The notes: generated by a model from the letters alone, not told the origin. A stretch of DNA of 64,000 bases from an uncultured Gammaproteobacteria bacterium (GCA_963786385.1 CAWAYS010000005.1:467331-531330), one strand, 5' to 3'; counted from the stretch's first letter, positions 53,346 through 63,355 are shown. Made by a program: numbers and translations.

Positions 53346-53885
53346 ATGGCGCTCATCAACCGTATGTCGAGACTGTTCGCTGCCGACGTTCACGCCGTGC
53401 TCGACCGCATCGAAGAACCGGATGTTCTACTTCGGCAGTCGATTCGCGAGATGGAGGACGAGCTGGCACGGTCGGAGCAGCACGCACGCCGACTCGAGCA
53501 CCAGCGCGCCACGCTTGCGGATCGGCTGCGCAAAGTCGAAGCCGCTCTCGTGGAGCTCGGCGAGCAGCTCGACGTGTGCTTCGCGGCGGGCAACGAAGAG
53601 CTCGCGCGCCGGCTGATCAAGCGCAGGCTCGAGACGCAGCGGCTCGGCAAGCACATCGCCGAGCGGCGCGCCGCGGCCGATACGGCGCTCGTCGAGCGCC
53701 GCGAGAAGCTCGATGAGCAACGCGAGCACCTCGACGTGCTGAGGCAAAAGGCCGAGTTGCTCGCCGAGACGGCGCGCAGCGGGAACTCGGGCATCGACGA
53801 GTGCGCCAACGGGGAGTTTGTGGTCGGCGACGACGAGGTCGAAGTGGCGTTTCTGAGGGAACGGCACAGGAGATCGAAGTCATGA
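53346..53885 (+). CDS. PspA/IM30-family protein (short form)
   Basis: MALINRMSRLFAADVHAVLDRIEEPDVLLRQSIREMEDEL… is a coiled-coil throughout. There is a GGAGGAG RBS. Confidence 0.75.
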   Translation: MALINRMSRLFAADVHAVLDRIEEPDVLLRQSIREMEDELARSEQHARRLEHQRATLADRLRKVEAALVELGEQLDVCFAAGNEELARRLIKRRLETQRLGKHIAERRAAADTALVERREKLDEQREHLDVLRQKAELLAETARSGNSGIDECANGEFVVGDDEVEVAFLRERHRRSKS

Positions 53886-54457
53886 GGCGCCATCGCGAAC
53901 GTGTGTCTTTCGTCTCTGGTCTGCTCGTGGCACTGGGGCTGAGCCTGAGCGGAGGGGCCGTGCTGGCCGTGCTTGCGCCGTTGGTCGGTGCCGAGGTTGG
54001 CGTCAAAGTCGTCACGGCCGTGCTCGGCCTCGCCTACGTGTCGTACACGATCGGCCGAAGCCGTGAGCGAGTGGGTCGCGTGACCACGCTAGTCGTTTGG
54101 CTCTCGGCGGCCTTGGCGGTGTGGTTGGCCGGCACGACGCTCGTGCCTTATGTGCTCGTGCACCTCGGGCTCGTCTGGCTCGTGCGGTCGCTGTATCGCT
54201 ATTCGGGCGTGCTGCCCGCGCTCGTCGACGCCGGGTTGATCGCTCTCGGCACGGCGTTTGCGGCGTGGGCCGCCGCGCGCTCGGAAAGCACGGCGTTGGC
54301 TTTGTGGTGCTTCTTCCTCGTCCAAGCCTTTCACGTAGCGATTCCCGCGACGCTTTCGCGTCGTGGCGCCGGCTCGGTTGCCGACGACGAAGACGGCTTC
54401 GATCGCGCACGCCGCGCGGCCGAGGCCGCCTTGCGCCGTTTGGCCGAGAGTCGGTGA
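53882..54457 (+). CDS. Four-TM membrane protein of unknown function, translationally coupled to pspA-like (ATGA overlap)
   Basis: Hydrophobic helices (LLVALGLSLSGGAVLAVLAPLV, VVTAVLGLAYVSY, TLVVWLSAALAVWLAG, LVHLGLVWLV…). Confidence 0.55.
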   Translation: MRRHRERVSFVSGLLVALGLSLSGGAVLAVLAPLVGAEVGVKVVTAVLGLAYVSYTIGRSRERVGRVTTLVVWLSAALAVWLAGTTLVPYVLVHLGLVWLVRSLYRYSGVLPALVDAGLIALGTAFAAWAAARSESTALALWCFFLVQAFHVAIPATLSRRGAGSVADDEDGFDRARRAAEAALRRLAESR

Positions 54458-54482
54458 CACAACACAACCAAGGAGCTTGATC

Positions 54483-55676
54483 ATGAAGGCGAAGATACTA
54501 TTGACGGGTCTCGTGTTGGCAACGGTGGCCGCCGTTGCGCTTTATCCCTCCCTGCGCGGTGCTGCGAAGGGCGTGGAACCGCCGCGGCAAAGTCTGCCGG
54601 TTCCCGCTCGGACCGCGCGCGTCGACGCCGTCTTCGTGCTCGACACGACGGGCAGCATGAGCGGCCTCATCGCAGCCGCGAAAGAGAAGATTTGGTCGAT
54701 CGCGAGCACGCTGGCGCAGGCGCAGCGGGCCCCCGAGATCAGGATCGGTCTCGTCGCGTATCGCGATCGCGGCGATGCGTACGTCACGAAAGTGGTCGAT
54801 CTGAGCGCCGATCTGGATTCCATGTACGCAACGCTCATGGATTTCTCGGCCGACGGCGGCGGCGATACGCCCGAGAGCGTCAACGAGGCGCTCTACGACG
54901 CCGTGACGCAAATGTCCTGGAGCAAGGACTCACAAGCCTACAAAGTCGTCTTTCTGGTCGGAGATGCACCGCCGCACATGGATTATCAGGACGATCGTAA
55001 GTTCCCGGACGTGATGGCCGCGGCCGCCGCCGAGGGCATCGTCGTGAACACGATTCAGTGCGGCAACATGCACGACACGATTGCGCCGTGGCGGCAGATA
55101 GCCGCGCTCGGCGGCGGCCGGTACTTCACCGTGGCGCAGTCCGGCAGCGCCGTGGCGGTGGCGACGCCTTACGATCAGGAGATCGCGGAGCTCTCTGCGA
55201 AGCTCGATGCAACACGTTTGTTCTACGGCTCTGCGGAGGACCGGGTGGCACTGTCGCAGAAGATGGAGGCCACCCAAAAGCTGCACCGCGCTGCGTCGCC
55301 GGCAGCGCTGGCGCGCCGAGGCGTGTTCAATGCGAGCGCGAGCGGCGAGGCGAATCTTGCGGGCGACAAAGATCTCGTCCGCGACGTCGAGTCGGGTCGT
55401 GTCGACTTGACCGCGCTGCCGGAGGCCGAATTACCCGCGCCGCTGGCGAGCCTAACGGCCGACGAGCGCCAGCAGGTCGTAGACGAGACCGCGGCGCGTC
55501 GCAACGATCTGCGCGGTCGCATCGGCGAGCTCGCCAAAAAACGTGACGACTTCATCGCGGAGGAGGTGGAGAAGAACGGTGGTGCGGCCGATTCTCTCGA
55601 TCGCCAGATCTACGACGCGGCGCGGGCACAAGCGGCTCCCAAAGGTCTGAAGTACGACGGCGGACCGAAGTACTGA
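54483..55676 (+). CDS. Membrane-anchored vWA (von Willebrand factor A) domain protein with a coiled-coil C-terminus
   Basis: An N-terminal TM/signal helix, a MIDAS motif DAVFVLDTTGSMSG…, and a C-terminal Ala/Glu/Arg-rich helical region. Confidence 0.75.
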   Translation: MKAKILLTGLVLATVAAVALYPSLRGAAKGVEPPRQSLPVPARTARVDAVFVLDTTGSMSGLIAAAKEKIWSIASTLAQAQRAPEIRIGLVAYRDRGDAYVTKVVDLSADLDSMYATLMDFSADGGGDTPESVNEALYDAVTQMSWSKDSQAYKVVFLVGDAPPHMDYQDDRKFPDVMAAAAAEGIVVNTIQCGNMHDTIAPWRQIAALGGGRYFTVAQSGSAVAVATPYDQEIAELSAKLDATRLFYGSAEDRVALSQKMEATQKLHRAASPAALARRGVFNASASGEANLAGDKDLVRDVESGRVDLTALPEAELPAPLASLTADERQQVVDETAARRNDLRGRIGELAKKRDDFIAEEVEKNGGAADSLDRQIYDAARAQAAPKGLKYDGGPKY

Positions 55677-55787
55677 CATTCGGGCTCGGAACCGGCGCGG
55701 CCGGCACGGCGACCTCATCCGGTCGCGGCCGGTCGCGCTCGATGTGCGAATCTCGCGGGCGGACCGAGTCGTCGCGTACGCCCGAGG

Positions 55788-56423
55788 TCACGACACGGAA
55801 ATTGCGCCGCGGATGCCCGTGATGATCATCTGCACGCCGATGACGGCAAGGATGAGGCCCATGAGTCGCGTTACGACCTTGATTGCGTTTTGCCCGAGAA
55901 ACTTGATGAGCGGTTCGCTGCCGAGGAAGGCAACGCAAGTCAGCGCGCAGACGGCGGCGAGTGCGCCGAGGACGCGGGCCATTTCCGGCCACGTTGCGCC
56001 GGCTGCAAAGTTGATGGCTGTCGTAATCGTGCCGGGGCCGGCCAGGATCGGTAACGCGAGCGGGCTCACGGCAATGCCGAGGGCGGCGTCTCGACTGCGC
56101 TCGTTGTCCTCGCTGGTCGGCGTGTGGATGCTCGATTCCTTGCCTTGTACCAGGTGGTAGCCGACGAGGCTCACGATGATGCCGCCCGCAATCCGAAAGG
56201 CCGGCAACGTGATGCCGAATACGTTGAAAATCGCCTGGCCGAAAAGCGCGAACGCGGCCGCGATCGCGAAGGCGAGCAGCGTGGCGCGCAACGCCACGGC
56301 GCGTCGCATCGCGGCATCGAGGCCGTCCGTCACTGACACGAACAGTGGTGCGTTGGCGATCGGATTCATGATCGCGAAGAACGCCATGAGCACGGTGCCG
56401 AAGTGAACTGATGCGTGATTCAT
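55788..56423 (-). CDS. MarC-family (UPF0056) integral membrane protein
   Basis: Six TM helices with typical MarC N-terminal motifs. Confidence 0.7.
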   Translation of the reverse strand: MNHASVHFGTVLMAFFAIMNPIANAPLFVSVTDGLDAAMRRAVALRATLLAFAIAAAFALFGQAIFNVFGITLPAFRIAGGIIVSLVGYHLVQGKESSIHTPTSEDNERSRDAALGIAVSPLALPILAGPGTITTAINFAAGATWPEMARVLGALAAVCALTCVAFLGSEPLIKFLGQNAIKVVTRLMGLILAVIGVQMIITGIRGAISVS

Positions 56424-56424
56424 T

Positions 56425-56910
56425 TCATAACACGAGCTGCCAATAGCCAACGTCGACCCAACGTCCGAGCTTCCAGCCGACCTCCTTGAAGAGGCCGACG
56501 AGCTCGAAGCCGAGCTTCTCGTGCAAAGCCACGCTCGCTGGGTTCGGCAGCGCTATTCCGCCCACGAGGCAATGCGCCCGGCCAGCCGCGCGCAGCTCGC
56601 CGAGCAACGAATCGTACAGCTCGGTCCCGAGGCCCCTTCCCATGCACTCGGGCGCGAGGTAGATCGTGGTCTCGAGCGTAAGCCGGTAGGCCGACCGCGG
56701 CTGCCAAGTGTTCGCGTAGGCGTAACCTGCGACGCCGTCGAGCTCCGCCACGAGCCACGGGAATCCGTTGTTTCGAACATCCGAAATGCGGCTGCTCATC
56801 TGGGCTGCCGCGAGAGTTTCTTCCTCGAATGTAACGACCGTGTGCTCGATGAAATGGTTGTAGATCGCAACGATTTGCGAGGCGTCGTCCGGCGTGGCTG
56901 AGCGAATCAT
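56425..56910 (-). CDS. GNAT-family N-acetyltransferase
   Basis: Acetyl-CoA-binding motifs (RGLGTELYDSLL). Confidence 0.7.
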   Translation of the reverse strand: MIRSATPDDASQIVAIYNHFIEHTVVTFEEETLAAAQMSSRISDVRNNGFPWLVAELDGVAGYAYANTWQPRSAYRLTLETTIYLAPECMGRGLGTELYDSLLGELRAAGRAHCLVGGIALPNPASVALHEKLGFELVGLFKEVGWKLGRWVDVGYWQLVL

Positions 56911-56968
56911 CGGGCTAGATTCTGCGGCCGTCGCGCCGTCATGTCGACGCCCGAGTTCGAGTGATGGG

Positions 56969-57874
56969 TTACGTGGGGCGCGACAAGCAGAAGCTCGTCG
57001 CGTGCATCCAGCATTCGCGGCGCGGCGCATGCGCATCACGCCGGAGAATTTCGACGGATGTGTGACCTCCACCGCGATACGCCTGCTGCAACAGTTTCTC
57101 GGTTTGCGCGAGCCGCGCGCCTTCACAATGGAAAATCGCCACGGGCGAGATGAAGCGAGCCGTGTACTCGTCCCCGTGCCGAGTGACGAGGAGCATGTAG
57201 CCGGCGCCGACTCGAGCGTACAGGCCGGCGGCCGCCGATGCGCTGACGCCGGGCAACGGATCTGCCGAGAGCGGTACGGTTAGCGGTACGAGCAGCCGTC
57301 CGCCGTCCGTGAGCTGGTCTAGCCATTCCGCACGTATTTCGGTCGCTCCGGCGTTGACGAAGATTGCGTCGAACGGCCCGCCGGAAAGCAGACTGCCGTC
57401 TGCGAGCACGGCGTCGGCGTTGTCGTAGGGCGCGAGATTTTCGACTGCGCGCCGCGCAAGCTCGGGATCGATCTCCATGCCGACGGCGGTGCCGCCGGGA
57501 AGCACGGCGTGAGCGGCAACGGCCGTGTAGTAGCCGACGCCGCAACCGATGTGTAGGAAACGCTCACCGGGGCACAGGTCGAGGCTATCGAGGAACCGCA
57601 GCAGGGCCGTCGGCTCACCGTTGTTGAGGCCGCGCTGCGCATCGAGCGCAACGAGCACGGTGTCGTAGAGATGGCGCGGGTCCGCATCGGGGGTCGGACG
57701 GTAGCCACGCACCATCGCTGCGGGGTTCAGGATCATCCAGGGCCCGGGGCCGACGAAGCGCTCGCGCGCTACGCGTGTGAGTCCCTGAACCAACCCCGTG
57801 GAGCGCAGCCCGGCCTCACTGCGAATCCGCTGGGCGAATTCCATGCGCACTCGCTCGATACCGCTCTCATGCAT
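56969..57874 (-). CDS. Protein-L-isoaspartate O-methyltransferase-family SAM methyltransferase with a C-terminal extension
   Basis: SAM motif I (LHIGCGVGYYTAV) and a post-I acidic residue. ~300 aa. Confidence 0.6.
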   Translation of the reverse strand: MHESGIERVRMEFAQRIRSEAGLRSTGLVQGLTRVARERFVGPGPWMILNPAAMVRGYRPTPDADPRHLYDTVLVALDAQRGLNNGEPTALLRFLDSLDLCPGERFLHIGCGVGYYTAVAAHAVLPGGTAVGMEIDPELARRAVENLAPYDNADAVLADGSLLSGGPFDAIFVNAGATEIRAEWLDQLTDGGRLLVPLTVPLSADPLPGVSASAAAGLYARVGAGYMLLVTRHGDEYTARFISPVAIFHCEGARLAQTEKLLQQAYRGGGHTSVEILRRDAHAPRRECWMHATSFCLSRPT

Positions 57875-58078
57875 TGGAAAGTCTCCCTGGCAGAGGCAAT
57901 CCGTCTTCGAATCGTTGTGGCCGCAGCGATTCGAGCCCGCTGGGCTCGACAGGAATTAAGCACTGCTAGCTAAATGTACTACTGCCGTTGCCGCTAGGCA
58001 AAGGCTCCGGCCGTGCCGGGCCTGGTCATCGTCGCAGCGCCGTGTCTCGTCGACGCGGGGCGCGAGACAGTGTGTGTT

Positions 58079-59047
58079 TCACCATGCGGGGGGCGGAGAT
58101 CCGCCTTCACTGGCCTTGTCGAGCTTGGCCACCGACGCCTCGTCGAGCACGATGTCGGCAACCCCGGCCAGCTCTTCGAGCTGCTCGACGCTCGTCGCGC
58201 TCGCGATCGGAGCGGTGACGCGATGCGCGCGCAACCAAGCCAAGGATATCTGCGCGGGTGTTGCCGAGCGCACCTCCGCGACTTCGTCGAGCGCCGCGAG
58301 GATTCGATATCCTCGCTCGTTGAGCATCGTTTTCACGCGGTATGCACGCGGTCGGCCTTCGAGATCTTGTTCCGACCGATATTTGCCCGTCAGAAAGCCG
58401 CTGGCGAGCCCGAAGTAGCTGATCACGCCGACGTCGTGCTCCTCGCACACCTCGGCCAGCGAGCCCTCGAATGAAACTCTGTCGTAGAGATTGTACCAAG
58501 GCTGGAGCGACTCGAAGCGCGGCAGATCGTTTGCGGCGCTCACGTCGAGGGCCTCGGCGAGTCTTGCCGCCTCGTAGTTCGACGCGCCGATTGCGCGCAC
58601 CTTGCCCGCGTCAATGAGCTCGCCGAAAGCGGCCAGGGTTTCTTCGAGCGGGGTTTTCTTATCGTCGATGTGTGCCTGGTACAGATCGATATAGTCGGTC
58701 TTGAGTCGCTTGAGCGACCGATCTACGGACTTGAACATGTATTCCCGAGAGAGACCGATCTCGTCCGGCCCCATCTCCATGCCGAATTTCGTCGCGATGA
58801 CGACGTCGTCGCGTCGGCCGCGCTTTTGAAGCCAGTTGCCGATCACGCTTTCCGATTCGCCACCCTGGTGACCCGGAATCCACTTCGAGTAGACATCCGC
58901 GGTATCGATGAGATTGAATCCGGCTGCGACGAACGCATCGAGCACGTCGCTGGACTTGTTTTCGTCGGTCGTCCAGCCGAAGACATTGCCGCCGAGCGCC
59001 AGCGGGGCCACCTGGAGTTCGGATCTGCCGAGCTGTTGTTTGATCAT
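58079..59047 (-). CDS. Aldo/keto reductase
   Basis: MIKQQLGRSELQVAPLALGGNVFG… with catalytic tetrad regions; 322 aa. Confidence 0.8.
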   Translation of the reverse strand: MIKQQLGRSELQVAPLALGGNVFGWTTDENKSSDVLDAFVAAGFNLIDTADVYSKWIPGHQGGESESVIGNWLQKRGRRDDVVIATKFGMEMGPDEIGLSREYMFKSVDRSLKRLKTDYIDLYQAHIDDKKTPLEETLAAFGELIDAGKVRAIGASNYEAARLAEALDVSAANDLPRFESLQPWYNLYDRVSFEGSLAEVCEEHDVGVISYFGLASGFLTGKYRSEQDLEGRPRAYRVKTMLNERGYRILAALDEVAEVRSATPAQISLAWLRAHRVTAPIASATSVEQLEELAGVADIVLDEASVAKLDKASEGGSPPPAW

Positions 59048-59115
59048 GTTGTCGTTCCCGATTTGAATTCTTGGAGGATTCTTCGCAACGCGGCCCGACG
59101 CTCGTCGTGAGTGGC

Positions 59116-60195
59116 TCAGAACTTGCCGATTCTCTCGCGCAGGGTACGAAAGCGCTGTTCTTCGAGCACCGGGTTGGCCACCACGTTCGCTTTGATGATC
59201 ATGAGGTTGAAGAACCCTTCGTCGGGTTCGTGCCGTTCGATCTTCTTTATCGCCCGGTCGAGCCAGCGGTAGGCCTGGGCCTCGTCGCCGGTCGCCAAAT
59301 AGCCGAGAGGCCACGAGCCGGCGCCGACGACGCCGCTGGATTCTTGGGTTTCGAGCTGGGCGAAAAGCCGGCGCGCATCGTTACGGCGGCCGGCCCGGAA
59401 ATAGCCGTGCGCGACGCTCGAGATTGCCGCGGGCGTGGGCGACGAACCGAACAGATTCTCCGCCGTTTCGAGCTCTCTGCCTGCTTCATCGTCGTGGTCG
59501 AGGCGAATCTGCATGAACGCGTCATATATGTGGCAGATCGTGACCTTCGGGTTCTTCGAGACGCATTGCTCGAGTGCCGCACTCGCCGGTTCCGGGTGGC
59601 CGGCATACGCTTGCGCGAGACCGAGGTCGCGATAGGAGCTGGCACGCGTGGGATAGAGCTCGATTTCGCGCTGCGCCGTCGCGATCGCTTCGTCGAAGTG
59701 CCCCGTGAACATGTTGAACCATATCCAGTTCGTGAGCGTCGTCGGGTCTTTCGGTGCGAGCTCATAGGCGCGTTTGTACGCCGCTTCGGCGTCGCTCCAG
59801 CGCCAGAACTGACGGTGAGCGAGACCGAGCGCCGTGTAGGCCTCCGCGAGCGACGGCTGCAGGGCGATGGCCTTGTTGGCATTGGCTATGGCCTTGCGAT
59901 CGAGATCTTGTGCAAGGGAGAGATCCGTGCTCTGTGCGATGGTCGCCGCGATCGCTTGCGCATAGTTATCGGCCTTGAGCGCATAAGCAGCCGCAAACTT
60001 CGGATCCGCGGCGATGGCTTGATCGAGCAAGTCCTGCAACGCGTCGCGGTCCGGCAGCGCCGCACGTGCTCGCTCGTAGAGTGCTTGCGCTTCGGCCGAG
60101 GGCGTGTGCGCGGGCTGCGGGACAGCCTGGCGAGGTGCTGCCGATAGGCAGAGCACCCCCAGCAACACGACCGAGATAGACTTTGACGCCATCAT
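59116..60195 (-). CDS. Secreted TPR-repeat protein
   Basis: A signal peptide and multiple TPR-like units (AAYALKADNYA, AEAYTALGLAH, WSDAEAAYKRAYEL). Confidence 0.7.
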   Translation of the reverse strand: MMASKSISVVLLGVLCLSAAPRQAVPQPAHTPSAEAQALYERARAALPDRDALQDLLDQAIAADPKFAAAYALKADNYAQAIAATIAQSTDLSLAQDLDRKAIANANKAIALQPSLAEAYTALGLAHRQFWRWSDAEAAYKRAYELAPKDPTTLTNWIWFNMFTGHFDEAIATAQREIELYPTRASSYRDLGLAQAYAGHPEPASAALEQCVSKNPKVTICHIYDAFMQIRLDHDDEAGRELETAENLFGSSPTPAAISSVAHGYFRAGRRNDARRLFAQLETQESSGVVGAGSWPLGYLATGDEAQAYRWLDRAIKKIERHEPDEGFFNLMIIKANVVANPVLEEQRFRTLRERIGKF

Positions 60196-60304
60196 TCCCC
60201 CGAACGCCGAGCAGTCACCTTAACGAAACCCGTGGCGCGCATCCACAGTCGCGACACGCGGGGTCGGAAAAGGGCCGACACGCACTTAGCGGGAAGGCGC
60301 TCCA

Positions 60305-61096
60305 CTAAGTACCGGTGACCCTCGCGTTGCGGTTGCGGTCGCCGAGTATCTCGCGCCGACGGTGCCAAAGCGCTGCCGCAAGACCCGACAGCAGCAGCCA
60401 CGATGCGGCGCCGCCACCGCCGTGCCCGTGCACGACGCCGCCTCCGGCGCCATCACGGACCGTATCCTCGAGCGGCAACAGCGAGAACGCGGAGGACTCG
60501 TTCGGACCGAACTCGTCGACGAGCTCGCCCGTGTCGGCGTCATAAAGGTCGATGAGGACGTCATATAGGCCGGTCGAGTACCCGGACACGAGTGCCGTCT
60601 CGACTTCGTAGTCGTCGTCGGGTGAGCTGCCCCACACGGCAAAGTCGTCGGTCGTATAAAGAAGCTCCCAAGCGTTGCCGTCGGCGCTCACATAGATTTC
60701 CGCGTAGAGCCACGACGTTGTGTAGACCGTATCGGCGTCGAATCGCACGCGCAGATAGCTGTAGTAGCCATCGCCGTCGTAATCATCGAACACCGCGGTG
60801 CTGGCGTCGTAAACCCACGAGTCGCCGAAGCTCACCGTGGCCGCCGCGGCACCGCTCGGTAATGCGCCCGGCGCACGAGGCTTCGTCGAGATTTCAGCCG
60901 ATGACCGAGTCGCTTCCTTGAACGACAGCGGATCTCTGAGCTCGTCGGGCGCGTGCTCCCCCGCGTAGCCGGCCGAGGCGCGCGTGACGCGCTCGGTGCC
61001 GTCGGTAGACGTTGCCGCGTCTGCGGCTCCGGCCAGCGTCGCTGTCGAGGCGAGTAATCCTGCGAACGTCAGTGTGCGAATGGATCCGATGATCAT
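60305..61096 (-). CDS. Secreted Asp/Tyr-rich beta protein with a C-terminal Gly-run + TM + Arg-cluster sorting-signal-like tail
   Basis: A signal peptide. The C-terminus is VHGHGGGGAASWLLLSGLAAALWHRRRE, resembling GlyGly-CTERM/PEP-CTERM-type anchors. Confidence 0.55.
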   Translation of the reverse strand: MIIGSIRTLTFAGLLASTATLAGAADAATSTDGTERVTRASAGYAGEHAPDELRDPLSFKEATRSSAEISTKPRAPGALPSGAAAATVSFGDSWVYDASTAVFDDYDGDGYYSYLRVRFDADTVYTTSWLYAEIYVSADGNAWELLYTTDDFAVWGSSPDDDYEVETALVSGYSTGLYDVLIDLYDADTGELVDEFGPNESSAFSLLPLEDTVRDGAGGGVVHGHGGGGAASWLLLSGLAAALWHRRREILGDRNRNARVTGT

Positions 61097-61269
61097 GGCT
61101 GCCTCCGAGCACTCGTCTAACCGTGACGATCACGATTAAAGCGTGCGGAGGCTGAACAGGAGCTGAGGAGGTCCGCTATGCGGAAGGGCCGTCGCGGGGG
61201 CAGGGGCGTTCGCGCAATCCGCCGGCCCGCAGGCCGGCGGATGCGAGAATCAATTGAGACTAGCGATCA

Positions 61270-61644
61270 TCAGTGATGGCGACGGCGCGAATGCTCATCG
61301 TCGGCGGCCTTGCCGTCGGCCGCGCCCGCTTCGCCGCCTTCCATTGCCGTGTTGAAGAGCTTCATGACGGCCTCGACTTCGGCGACCGCCGCGTTGTTGC
61401 GTGCCACGAGCACGCTTTTCGTGAGCTTCGGTGCGTTGTCACCGCCGGCGGCCGTGAGCTCTTGCTGCACGCATGCGGTGTAAACCTTCATCTGATCGAA
61501 ATACGCCTGCATCGATTCGCGTACGGTTTGCTCCTGGCTCTTCACATCCTTGGGGATGTCGACGAGCGTTGGCATCTCGCACGCGAGGGCCGTCGCGGAG
61601 ACTCCAGTAAGTAGGCCTGCTGCGAGAATGACACTGACTTTCAT
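61270..61644 (-). CDS. Small periplasmic hypothetical protein
   Basis: A signal peptide (MKVSVILAAGLLTGVSATALA) and a 100-aa helical domain. Confidence 0.5.
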   Translation of the reverse strand: MKVSVILAAGLLTGVSATALACEMPTLVDIPKDVKSQEQTVRESMQAYFDQMKVYTACVQQELTAAGGDNAPKLTKSVLVARNNAAVAEVEAVMKLFNTAMEGGEAGAADGKAADDEHSRRRHH

Positions 61645-61802
61645 GATGGGCTCCTTGACGTTTCCCCTCCGGTGAAGCGAGGCGGTAGTCTACACCATTG
61701 CGACGGCCGGCCTCAGTCGCCAGAACGCCGCGCGTGGGTCTGCGCTTGCGCCCACGCGTACCTGCTCCGAGGTTCGTCGTCGCGTCGACAGGAGAACGTC
61801 AC

Positions 61803-62387
61803 GTGGCTTACCTGATTCTAGGTCTCGCGCTTTTCATCGGCATTCACTCCGTATCGGTCGTGAGTCGGGCTTGGCGCGACCGAGTGGTCGCTCGCCTGGG
61901 GGCCGGCCCATGGCGCGGCCTTTATTCGCTCATTGCGCTTGCGGGACTCGTGCTCATCGTGCACGGCTACGGTGTCGCTCGGATCATGCCCATCGTCGTC
62001 TACGTGCCGCCTCTATCGCTGCGCGGGATCATGGTGCCGCTCATGGCCTTCGTTTTCCCGCTGTTCTTCGCCGCCTACCTGCCGGGGATCATCAGCACCG
62101 TGACGAAGCATCCGATGCTCGTGGCCGTGAAGCTCTGGGCGACTTTGCATTTGCTCGTGAACGGCTCATTGGCGGACATCCTGCTCTTTGGGTCGCTGCT
62201 GGCCTGGGCCGTGGTGGTGCGGATCTCGATCAAGAAACATCCGCGGCCGCCGATTCGGACGGCGCCGCCGGCGAAGTGGAACGACGCCATTGCCGCCGTG
62301 GCGGGCTTCGCCGTCTACGCAGCGCTCGTGATGGGCGGTCATCAGTGGCTCATCGGCGTTCCGGCGCTATTGCCGCGGTTCCACTGA
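61803..62387 (+). CDS. NnrU-family membrane protein
   Basis: A GTG start with an AGGAGAA RBS; AYLILGLALFIGIHSV… and 5–6 TM helices. Confidence 0.6.
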   Translation: MAYLILGLALFIGIHSVSVVSRAWRDRVVARLGAGPWRGLYSLIALAGLVLIVHGYGVARIMPIVVYVPPLSLRGIMVPLMAFVFPLFFAAYLPGIISTVTKHPMLVAVKLWATLHLLVNGSLADILLFGSLLAWAVVVRISIKKHPRPPIRTAPPAKWNDAIAAVAGFAVYAALVMGGHQWLIGVPALLPRFH

Positions 62388-62416
62388 CGTGCCCGGCCAG
62401 CCGCTCGCGAAAATCC

Positions 62417-62932
62417 TCAGTCGATGCTATCGAACCAGCGGGTAACTGATTGACTCGACTGCGAATGTATTCCGAAACGCTTGGCGCAACGCCATTTCAC
62501 CGGTTCATTCCTAGCCGAAGTTCGGAGAAAGACTCTATAACTCATTGATCTTGCTGGATCAGGGGAATCAACTGATCGAGTCGAGCGATGCATCGGCACG
62601 CGGTTCCGTCGCGCGGCGCCCCGAGCAACACCGGGGCGATACCGGCCCGTCGAGCGCGAAGATTTGGCGGAGCCGGTCGGCCAGGGGCCAGACCCGGCCG
62701 TCCACCCGCTCGGTGTCGAACCGACGCGCGGCGGGGCGGCGGCCGCTGAGTCGATGGGTTCGGACAAGGTGCCGGCTCGTGCCCGGTGCTCGTCGATGCA
62801 TGCCGCCGCGGCGGCAATCGACCGGTCGAGGATGGGTAGGAACTGGGCGGAGCGATAGTAGGAAACCAGGGTATTACCGAGGTCGAACAGGACCGCCTCG
62901 ATGGGTTTAGAGCTCTCGCTCCATCCTGACAT
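62417..62932 (-). pseudogene. HAD-superfamily hydrolase, frameshifted after ~80 codons
   Basis: HAD motif I (AVLFDLGNTLV). The rest of ORF 62417..63298 downstream is non-coding-like. Confidence 0.4.
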
Positions 62933-63326
62933 GTTCGATTCCTGCTTCGTAGAAGGGCGCCCCGGCCGCGCGATAGTCCAACTGCGCGTAGAAGGGCGCG
63001 GCGGCGACTTGAGCGTGGCACCAGACGTGCTCGAGGTGGTGGGCTCGAGCGATCGCATGCAACTCCTCCATGAGTGCGCTACCGACGCCGCGCCGCCGCG
63101 CGCCAGCAAGCACGGCCAGCCGGCCGATCTTGCCGCCCTGTTGCAGATCGATGCGCGCGGTGCCGACCGGTTCGCGGTCGTCGTAGGCAAGCAGATGCAC
63201 GCAGTGCGGGTCCCGGTCGTCCATTTCGATCGCGGCCGGAACACGCTGCTCGTCGACAAAAACGGCGAAACGCACGGCGCGAATCGCGAGCTCGTCACGA
63301 GCGAAATCGGCTCGGCGAATCTGCAT
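62907..63326 (-). CDS. GNAT-family N-acetyltransferase
   Basis: MQIRRADFARDELAIRAVRFAVFVDEQ…RRRGVGSALMEEL. Confidence 0.7.
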   Translation of the reverse strand: MQIRRADFARDELAIRAVRFAVFVDEQRVPAAIEMDDRDPHCVHLLAYDDREPVGTARIDLQQGGKIGRLAVLAGARRRGVGSALMEELHAIARAHHLEHVWCHAQVAAAPFYAQLDYRAAGAPFYEAGIEHVRMEREL

Positions 63327-63355
63327 TCCGCGACTCCTCGCGGCTTGCGGTGCGC

